This document shows, one piece after another, positions 27,041 through 34,513 of a DNA stretch of 43,917 nucleotides. Below the pieces are notes generated by a model that saw nothing but the letters and a program-made list of their open reading frames with translations, had not been told where the DNA came from and made no database searches. Source of the stretch: Acidobacteriota bacterium (lineage in GTDB: Bacteria > Acidobacteriota > UBA4820 > DSQY01); assembly GCA_049967655.1 (NCBI GenBank), contig JBMFSH010000022.1, positions 1-43,917 of the forward strand, in the 5' to 3' direction. Each line of letters opens with the position of its first letter. The first letter of the stretch is position 1. A program made the translations under genes and the position numbers.

Positions 27041-28059
27041 GCCATCCCCCTCTTCGCCCGCAGCTCGCGGGCCGCTCCCTTGACCATGCCGACGATGACG
27101 ACGAGGGTCATGGTAGAAACCGCGGTCATGACCATCCACGAGGCCGCGTCGCTCAGTTTGAGCTGCTTCAGAATGACCGACACCATGGCGCAGGCCACCG
27201 TGAGCCCGAACATGAGGCGGATGCCGTAACCCCGGATGTACTTGGTGGCGATGGTGCCCACCTGGGCACCGGGCGCCGCGCCCAGGAGCATGATGATCAC
27301 GGCCAGCAGCTCGATCCTCCCCTTCATACCGTAGGTGAAGGCCCCGTAGAAGCCGGCGATCATCACGGTGAAGAGGTCCGTACCCACCGCCACGTAGGTG
27401 GGGCAGCCGATGAGGTAGACGAGCGCGGGCATCATCAGCAGGCCGCCGCCGATGCCCAGAAAACCGGCCAGAATTCCCACCATGAGTCCCACTCCCGCGG
27501 GGAGCCACATGGAGCAGCGGACTCCCGCCACCGGGAAACTCACGATGGGAGGGAGGCTGATCTTGTGCAGGGTCTCGTGCCACCGGACCCCCGAAGCCTC
27601 TTCGCCCCCTCCGGGCCCGCCCCGCTTCTCCATGGACCGCTTTTTGAAATAGTCGAAGAAGACCAGCGATCCGATCAGGAAGAGGAACACCACGTAGACC
27701 CAGCGGATGACCGGCCCGGCGAGGCCGAACCGTTCGAGGTGCATGACCAGCCGGGCTCCGATCTCGATGCCCACCACGTCGAAGAGGAGCATGGTGAGCC
27801 CCAGCTTGGCGTCCACGTTGCCGAACTTGGCGTGGCGCCTCGTGGAGATGATGGACTTCCCCGCCATGTGGCACAGGTCCGTGCCCACGGCGAAGGGCAT
27901 GGGGAAGCCGAAGATGTTGAGGGCGGGGGTTACCATCCAGGCCCCGCCCATGCCGAAGAAGCCCCCGAGCACCCCCACCGCCACGCCGAGCAGGACGAGC
28001 AGGAGCACGTTGATGGGGACACCGGAGATGGGCAGCGTGATCGTGAAGAGCTCCATCAT
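27037..28059 (-). CDS. TauE/SafE (TSUP) family permease
   Basis: Two repeats: GGFFGMGGAWMVTPAL...AVGTDL and AGFLGIGGGLLMMPAL...AVGTDL. Confidence 0.92.
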   Translation of the reverse strand: MMELFTITLPISGVPINVLLLVLLGVAVGVLGGFFGMGGAWMVTPALNIFGFPMPFAVGTDLCHMAGKSIISTRRHAKFGNVDAKLGLTMLLFDVVGIEIGARLVMHLERFGLAGPVIRWVYVVFLFLIGSLVFFDYFKKRSMEKRGGPGGGEEASGVRWHETLHKISLPPIVSFPVAGVRCSMWLPAGVGLMVGILAGFLGIGGGLLMMPALVYLIGCPTYVAVGTDLFTVMIAGFYGAFTYGMKGRIELLAVIIMLLGAAPGAQVGTIATKYIRGYGIRLMFGLTVACAMVSVILKQLKLSDAASWMVMTAVSTMTLVVIVGMVKGAARELRAKRGMA

Positions 28060-28068
28060 GGCGGCCAC

Positions 28069-28365
28069 CTACTCCTTCCCCTCGCGCTTGGAGAGGTCCA
28101 GGCCGATGAGGCCCACGATCCAATCCATGAGCAGCCCGAGCATGAGGCCCATGAGGGCCGTCAGGAGCACGGCCTCGAGGGTAAAGAGGAGGCGGTTGGT
28201 GTTGTAAAGGTTGGCGATGTAGAGATTGAAGCCGGCGAGGTTCCTGGTGTCCGCCACGTGCACCAGCTTGCCCTGCTTCTCGCCCCCGCTCGCCCACGCG
28301 GCTACGGGGGCCAGAAACATCAGCACCCCGCAGACCGTGGGACCCAAGGTCCCTATTCGTTTCAT
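28069..28365 (-). CDS. Small membrane protein resembling DVU0150 family
   Basis: Signal peptide, VADTRNL..ANLYN, one TM, IGLDL..RE C-terminus; directly upstream of TauE. Family assignment from recall. Confidence 0.7.
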   Translation of the reverse strand: MKRIGTLGPTVCGVLMFLAPVAAWASGGEKQGKLVHVADTRNLAGFNLYIANLYNTNRLLFTLEAVLLTALMGLMLGLLMDWIVGLIGLDLSKREGKE

Positions 28366-28492
28366 GCTTCCCCCCCCACTTTTCTTCAGGGCGGTACCCC
28401 CCCGCCGGCTGAAGTTCCTCCTCAATATGAAGAGCGCCCGATCCCGGAATCAAGGCCGGGCCGGGACCACCCCCTCCGATTGGTCAAAGGGC

Positions 28493-29830
28493 TCAAAAGA
28501 CCAGTTGGTACTGGAGCCGGAATTCGTAGGAGCGGTACTTGGAGGTGTCGTTGTCGAGCCGGCGGTAGTCCGCCTGGAGCTTGTTCGCCAACCCGTTGAA
28601 GTACCAGTTCACGCCGATACCGGTCTGCTTCTGGCTGTCGTTCAGCTTGTCGGTGTTGGGGTCGTAATCCCATCGCCCGACCACCAGCTCAAGCCGCTTC
28701 GGGATCAGCAGGAATCCAAGCTGGGCGTTGACTCCGGTCGAGTTCGTCCCCAGGTTCTTGAGGTCGTACGCCGTGCGGTTGAAGTACTCTCCGTAGGCCG
28801 TGAACCAGTGGTACTTGACCATGAGATCGCAGCCCTTGGTGGCGTATTCGGAGCCCGACTTGTAGAGGCGCGTCTTACCGTCCCTCACCCTTTGGTCGTT
28901 GTGTTCGTATTCGAAGCCCAGCGACAGCTTGGGGGAGGGCGTCCCGTTCGGGTTCGCCTCGTCGTAGCCCGTGCTACCCCAGGGGCTCACCACGAGACGG
29001 TAGTCGGTCTGGTAGTTGCCGTCGGGGTTCGCGTAGACGCTCCTTCCCCCGCCGTTGTAGACGCCCACGCTGTACTCGAAGAGGTCCTTCACCGCGCTCG
29101 GCCCGAACTGTCCCGTGGCCATGAGGCCCACATCCCGGATGGAGCAGAAGGTCGTGGTCACGAAGGAGCGGTCAGCAAACATGTCCGTCGCCGTGGAGGC
29201 GATACTCTGGCGGCCGAAGGGCGTCTTGCACTGACCGGCCCTCAGCATGAACCACTGGCGCCCGTGGGTGAAGTCGTATTGCACCCACGCGTCATCCAGA
29301 ACGCCGAGGGAGGTGTTGGCGTTGGCCCAGTCCACCTGGAGCCGGAAGGTCAGGTCCTCCGTGTAGGCCCATCCCGTGATCTGGGTCTTGAATCGGCGGA
29401 CCGCGAAGGCCCCGTTGGCCTGTTGATGGGGGTCGTCATAGGTGTCGTTCGTCCAGCGGTACTGCAGACGGTTAGAGAGGTTCACCTCCGCATTGGCGAA
29501 GCGAAAGGTCGCCTTCCCGTCCTTCCAAGACACCGAGAAGGGGGCCGGGGTTGAAGGGGGCGAGGAGACGGCGGCGTGCATCGGTGCCGGTTGCCCGGGT
29601 GCGGCGGCCTCGGTCCGGGCCCGTCCGGCCTCCAGATCGGCCACCCTCTTCTGGAGCGCCTCGATGATGGCCTGCTGGCTCTTGAGGACCTCCTGCGCCT
29701 GCCGAAGTTCGCGCTTCAACTCCTCCATATTTTCATTCACGGATTGCGCCCAGAGAGGCGAGGCTGACAGCGCCACGGCCGAGGCCGCCAGAAACCGCCC
29801 CACCCCGATCCACCTCGTCCAACGGCTCAT
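28493..29830 (-). CDS. OprO/OprP-like anion-selective outer membrane porin
   Basis: Signal peptide, coiled coil, RLQYRW, VRRFK, GQCKTPFG, RDVG; C-terminal beta-signal LQYQLVF. Confidence 0.8.
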   Translation of the reverse strand: MSRWTRWIGVGRFLAASAVALSASPLWAQSVNENMEELKRELRQAQEVLKSQQAIIEALQKRVADLEAGRARTEAAAPGQPAPMHAAVSSPPSTPAPFSVSWKDGKATFRFANAEVNLSNRLQYRWTNDTYDDPHQQANGAFAVRRFKTQITGWAYTEDLTFRLQVDWANANTSLGVLDDAWVQYDFTHGRQWFMLRAGQCKTPFGRQSIASTATDMFADRSFVTTTFCSIRDVGLMATGQFGPSAVKDLFEYSVGVYNGGGRSVYANPDGNYQTDYRLVVSPWGSTGYDEANPNGTPSPKLSLGFEYEHNDQRVRDGKTRLYKSGSEYATKGCDLMVKYHWFTAYGEYFNRTAYDLKNLGTNSTGVNAQLGFLLIPKRLELVVGRWDYDPNTDKLNDSQKQTGIGVNWYFNGLANKLQADYRRLDNDTSKYRSYEFRLQYQLVF

Positions 29831-30190
29831 CTCCGCCCCCTCCTTCCCCCTCGCGCTTCCTGCCGAGGCTGGGTTGCCCGCCAGACGCCGCGCACCTCCG
29901 GCTCAGGCGATAGAGGCACACGTCCAGAACCTCCAGCCAGCGCACCGGCTCCCGAATTGAGTTCGAATCCCCCTGGAAGGCCCCTGCCCCCGACCGCGGG
30001 GACGTTCCTCCTCCGCCCTCATCTTGGGAATCGACGGTGGTCAGGCGTCAACGGCCCCTCACGGACGCACCCCCGCCTGGGTTAAATGGCTCATGAACTG
30101 GTGCATCCGCACGACTCCGTCGCCCCAAGAAGCGGTGCCTCCCCTCATCGTCCGGCCGCCGTGCTACATTGCCTATAAGGGGGCTGGGCC

Positions 30191-31225
30191 ATGGGAGGGC
30201 GAGGGGAGATCAAGGCCATCGCGCCGGTGGGGGGCCGGTCCCTACGGACCGCGCTGCTCGCGCTCGCCGCCCTGCCGACCCTCGTGCTGCTGGCCTTCGC
30301 GCTCCTTCTCGCGCTCACGGGGGCCCGCCGGCCGGGCGCGCTGGCCGGCCTCCTGCTCCTCGCCCTCTGCGCCGCGCTCCTCGCCTCCATTCCCCTGGTC
30401 CTCCACCTCCTCCACCGCCTCTCCGCCCTTCAGCGCGAGAGCGCGGCCTTCTACCACGAGCTGACGCGGCTCGCCAAAGTGGCCTCCCTCGGCGAGGTCT
30501 CCTCCAGCATCGCTCACGACCTCAACAACCCGCTGGCCATCATGAACGAGGAGGCGGGCTGGGCCATGGATCTCCTCCAGGGGGCGGGTGGCGACGACCG
30601 GGCCGCGCGCGAGGAGATCCGCCATTCGGTGGAACAGATCCAGATCCAGATCCGGCGCTCCCGTGAGATCACCCAGCGCATCCTCAATTGGGCCCGGGAC
30701 ACCGACCAATCCGCCGCGGCCGTGGACCTGAACCTCCTCCTGAGCAAGACGCTCTACCTCCTGGAGAGCGACCTCCAGACCGTACAGGTGCGGGTGGTCA
30801 AACGGCTCGCGAGCGTTCCGCCGGTGGCCGCGGGCAGCGTGGCGGAACTGAGGCAGGTCTTCCTGAACCTCATGAAGAACGCCCTGGACGCCATGGGCGA
30901 GACGGGCGGGACGCTGACCATCGCCACGAGCTCGTCGCCCGGCGAGGTTCGTGCCTCCATCGGCGACACGGGGGCGGGAATTCCCCCGGAGGCGCTGCCC
31001 CGCCTCTTCGAGCCCTTCTTCACCACCAAGGAGGAGGGCAAGGGGACCGGGCTGGGGCTGGCCATCAGCTCCTGGATCGTGGGCAGGCTGGGCGGGCGCA
31101 TCGAGGTGGAGAGCACGCCGGGCCAGGGCGCGGTCTTCACGGTCGTTCTCCCGGCCCGGACTCTCGAAGCGATGGAACTCTGTAACGGAGGGTCGCATGC
31201 GGGTCATCCGACTGTTGCTGGTTGA
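30191..31225 (+). CDS. Histidine kinase with two closely spaced TMs and no periplasmic sensor
   Basis: IAHDLNNPL H-box, QVFLNLMKNA, DTGAG, FFTTK, GTGLGL. Confidence 0.93.
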   Translation: MGGRGEIKAIAPVGGRSLRTALLALAALPTLVLLAFALLLALTGARRPGALAGLLLLALCAALLASIPLVLHLLHRLSALQRESAAFYHELTRLAKVASLGEVSSSIAHDLNNPLAIMNEEAGWAMDLLQGAGGDDRAAREEIRHSVEQIQIQIRRSREITQRILNWARDTDQSAAAVDLNLLLSKTLYLLESDLQTVQVRVVKRLASVPPVAAGSVAELRQVFLNLMKNALDAMGETGGTLTIATSSSPGEVRASIGDTGAGIPPEALPRLFEPFFTTKEEGKGTGLGLAISSWIVGRLGGRIEVESTPGQGAVFTVVLPARTLEAMELCNGGSHAGHPTVAG

Positions 31226-31580
31226 CGACGAAGAGCGATTCGTGGAGACGCTCTGCAAACGGCTCACGGCGCGAGGGCTTTACGTCGAGGGGACCCACTC
31301 GGGAGAGGCCGCGCTCGCCCTGCTCCAGGCGCGCCCCTTCGACGTGGTGCTCCTGGACGTCCGGATGCCCGGGATGGACGGCATCCAGACCCTGCGGGAG
31401 ATCAAGAAGGTCCAGCCCCTGGTGCAGGTGATCCTCCTCTCGGGGAACGCCTCCATCAACACGGCCGTGGAGGGCATGCGCCTCGGGGCGGCGGACTACC
31501 TGCTCAAGCCCGCCGAGATCGAGGAGGTCATGGCCAAGGTGGAAGAGGCCTTCGAGAGGAAACGGCTGGAGGAGGGGTGA
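31197..31580 (+). CDS. Single-domain response regulator
   Basis: LVDDE, LLDVRMPG, LSG, LKP; 127 aa; no output domain. Confidence 0.92.
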   Translation: MRVIRLLLVDDEERFVETLCKRLTARGLYVEGTHSGEAALALLQARPFDVVLLDVRMPGMDGIQTLREIKKVQPLVQVILLSGNASINTAVEGMRLGAADYLLKPAEIEEVMAKVEEAFERKRLEEG

Positions 31581-31708
31581 ATTCTCCATTCGGAGTTCGG
31601 GGAGGAAAAGAAAATGATCACCAAGACACCAGGACACCAAGGGTGGGGATTGGGAATGGCGAAGGGCTATAGGCGAATCGAAAGACCATCGTTCGTACGA
31701 AACCAGGG

Positions 31709-31870
31709 CGTAGAAGCGCTCGCCAGAAGGCGCTCTCTGGAAGTGGCAAGGCACATTGGCCCCTGGAGAGGCCTCCCGCGGGCCGTCGCTTCCCGCGTCT
31801 CGCCTCTTTGCGTCTCACGTCTGACGTCTCGCCTCTTTGCGTCCCATCTCACTTCCCACTCCTCACTTCC
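31709..31870 (+). repeat. Dispersed intergenic repeat (family B), copy 2, with short tandem units
   Basis: Aligns to reverse complement of 1284..1430; CGTCTCGCCTCTTTGCGTC occurs twice; TCTCACTTCCCACTCCTCAC also at 13317-13336. Confidence 0.65.
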
Positions 31871-31879
31871 CCAGGAGCC

Positions 31880-34513
31880 ATGCCTAATGGGGTGACGCGG
31901 CTGCTTCGCAAGCTCTTCGGCCTGGATCACTGGCGTCCGGTGGTGGCCCGCCCGGACCGGCGGACGGCGCTCTCGCTCCAATACCGCCTCTTCAAGGAGC
32001 TGATCACCTCCAACGACGAGATCCTGGAGCTCATCGCGGACGTGGAGCAGAAGCTCCAGGGCGACAAGCTCTTCGGCATGACCTACGTGCGCTCCCGGTG
32101 CGTCAACGCCGCGACGCACGCCTATCGGATGATCCAGACCATCAACAAGCTGAGCTGCCGGCGCTACCAGGAGCTCTACGGCGTCTTCAACGGAATCCAG
32201 GCCCGGCTGGAGCGCCAGCTCGACAGGAGGCCGCACGCGATCGGGGCTCCCGCGGTCTACCCGCTGAGCGAAGTGGACCTGGGCCTGGCCGAGCGGGTGG
32301 GCACCAAGAGCGCCAACCTGGGAGAGCTGCGCAACAGGGCCAAGCTCCCGGTTCCGGACGGATTTGCCATCTCCACCGACGCCTTTCTCGCCCTGTTGCA
32401 AACCGGCCAGCTCCGGGAGGAGATCCGCGCCATGGAGATGGGGGTGGAGCTGGAAGATCAGGCGAGCCTGGCGGCGGCCAGCGCGTCCATCCGCGGCGCC
32501 ATCCTCCGGGCGCCCCTTCCGGAGGGGCTGGAGGCGGCCATCCTGGGGGCCTACCTGCGGCTGGGGGAGCGGCTGAAGTGCGCGCCCAGGGTCTCCCTCC
32601 GCTCCAGCGCCGTGGGAGAGGACACCCAGACCTCCTTCGCCGGCCAGTACGTGAGCGTGCTCAACGTCTCGAGCGGGGAGATCCTCGGCGCCTACCGGGA
32701 GGTCCTCGCCGGGCTCTATACCCCGAGGGCCATCTACTACCGCGCCGTAAACGGAATCCTGGAAGAGGACGTGCCCATGGGCGTGGCCTGCGTGGCCATG
32801 GTGGACGCCCTCGCCAGCGGGGTGGCCGCCAGCGCGGACCCCGGCCGGCCCCACTCCGGAGCGCTGCTGATCAACGGCTCGTGGGGGCTGGGCGTGGGCA
32901 CCGTGAGCGGTTCCGTGAGCCCCGATTTCTGGGAGGTCGAGAAGGGAGCCGAGCCCCGCGTCCTGAGCTTCCGCCTGGGCACCAAGGAGATCCGCGTGGA
33001 TCCCCTTCCCCAGGGCGGGGTGGGGCCGAGCCCCGTGGAGCCGGCCCTGCGGGAACGACCCTGCCTGGAGGAGAAGCAGGTGCGGGAGCTCGCCCGCCTG
33101 GTGATGGCGGCGGAGGAGCACTACGGGGCTGCCCTGGAGCTGGAGTGGGCCCTCGACGGGATGGGCCGGTTCCAGCTCCTCCAGTGCCGTCCCCTGCGCC
33201 TCTCCGCGAGCCACGGAACCCTCCGGCGGGAGGCCCCCGAGGAGGTGGAGGGCCACCCCCGGCTTCTGACGGGCGCCGGCGCTTCCGGCGGCTGCCGGTC
33301 GGGCCCCGTGGTCCTGGCCAACAGCCCCGAGGAGCTGGGCCTCTTCCCCGAAGGCGGCGTGCTGGTGGCGCGCCACTCCTCCCCGCAGTTCGTGAAGGTC
33401 CTGGACCGCGCCGCCGCCGTCGTGACGGACGTGGGCGGTGCCACGGGGCACATGGCCTCCCTGGCCAGGGAGTTCGGGGTGCCGGCCGTACTGGACGCCC
33501 AGAAGGCCACGGCGGTCCTGAAGCCCGGCCAGGTGGTGACCGTGGACGCGGACCGCGGCGCCGTTTACGAGGGTCGAGTGGAGGGGCTCCTGGTCGGCCA
33601 GGCCCCGAGCGGGATCCGGCGCAGCATCCGGGGAACGCCCATCTACCAGGTGCTTCAGGAGGCGGCCCAGTTCATCGTCCCCCTCAACCTTACGGACCCC
33701 CGATCGCCCGACTTCCAGCCCTCATCCTGCCAGAGCTTCCACGATATCGCCCGCTTCATCCACGAGAAGGCCTTCGAGGAGATGTTCCGCGTGAGCGACC
33801 AGGTGGCCGATGGAGAGGCCCGCGCCGTGAGGCTGGAGGCGCGCCTGCCCTTCGAGGTCTACCTCATCGATCTGGGCGGCGGGCTGGCTCCGACCGCGGA
33901 GGGCGGCGCGGTATCCGCCGAGGAGATCGCCTCCGGGCCCATGCGAGCCCTCCTGGCGGGCATGACGAACCCCGAGCTGCGGTGGTGGGAGCCCCGCGGC
34001 ATCAGCGTGACCGGTTTCGTCTCCGTGGCTACCGAGTCGCTCTTCTCCCCCCGCCACGACCTCGGCCAGCGGCGGCTGGGCGACCGCAGCTACGCCATCG
34101 TGGCCGAAGCCTACTGCAACTTCAGCTCCCGGATCGGCTACCACTTCGCCGCCGTGGACGCCTATTGCTCCGACTCCCTGCACCGCAACTACGTGAGCTT
34201 CCGCTTCAAGGGCGGCGCCGCGGACCCGGAGCGCAGGGCCCGGCGGTGCGCCTTCATCGCGGAGGTGCTCTCCCGGCTGGACTTCCAGGTGGAGAGGCAG
34301 GGGGACCTGGTGAACGGCCGCCTCCGCAAGTTCGGCAAGGAGACCCTGCTGGACCGGCTGGACCAGGTGGGACGCCTGATCATCGCCACCCGGCAGCTCG
34401 ACATGCGGATGGGGCCCGGCAGTTCGGTGGAGTGGCACGCGTCGGCCTTCCTCTCGGGGAACTACCTCTTCGACCCCGCCATCCGGCCCGAAGGGGCCGG
34501 GCGTGAGGGATGA
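31880..34513 (+). CDS. PEP synthase/PPDK-like protein 1 (ATP-grasp + phospho-His swivel + unknown C-domain)
   Basis: VGTKSANL, RSSAVGED, SFAGQY, ELEWA, LQCRP, GGATGHMASLAREFGVPA; AGGAG RBS before ATG 31880. Confidence 0.88.
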   Translation: MPNGVTRLLRKLFGLDHWRPVVARPDRRTALSLQYRLFKELITSNDEILELIADVEQKLQGDKLFGMTYVRSRCVNAATHAYRMIQTINKLSCRRYQELYGVFNGIQARLERQLDRRPHAIGAPAVYPLSEVDLGLAERVGTKSANLGELRNRAKLPVPDGFAISTDAFLALLQTGQLREEIRAMEMGVELEDQASLAAASASIRGAILRAPLPEGLEAAILGAYLRLGERLKCAPRVSLRSSAVGEDTQTSFAGQYVSVLNVSSGEILGAYREVLAGLYTPRAIYYRAVNGILEEDVPMGVACVAMVDALASGVAASADPGRPHSGALLINGSWGLGVGTVSGSVSPDFWEVEKGAEPRVLSFRLGTKEIRVDPLPQGGVGPSPVEPALRERPCLEEKQVRELARLVMAAEEHYGAALELEWALDGMGRFQLLQCRPLRLSASHGTLRREAPEEVEGHPRLLTGAGASGGCRSGPVVLANSPEELGLFPEGGVLVARHSSPQFVKVLDRAAAVVTDVGGATGHMASLAREFGVPAVLDAQKATAVLKPGQVVTVDADRGAVYEGRVEGLLVGQAPSGIRRSIRGTPIYQVLQEAAQFIVPLNLTDPRSPDFQPSSCQSFHDIARFIHEKAFEEMFRVSDQVADGEARAVRLEARLPFEVYLIDLGGGLAPTAEGGAVSAEEIASGPMRALLAGMTNPELRWWEPRGISVTGFVSVATESLFSPRHDLGQRRLGDRSYAIVAEAYCNFSSRIGYHFAAVDAYCSDSLHRNYVSFRFKGGAADPERRARRCAFIAEVLSRLDFQVERQGDLVNGRLRKFGKETLLDRLDQVGRLIIATRQLDMRMGPGSSVEWHASAFLSGNYLFDPAIRPEGAGREG

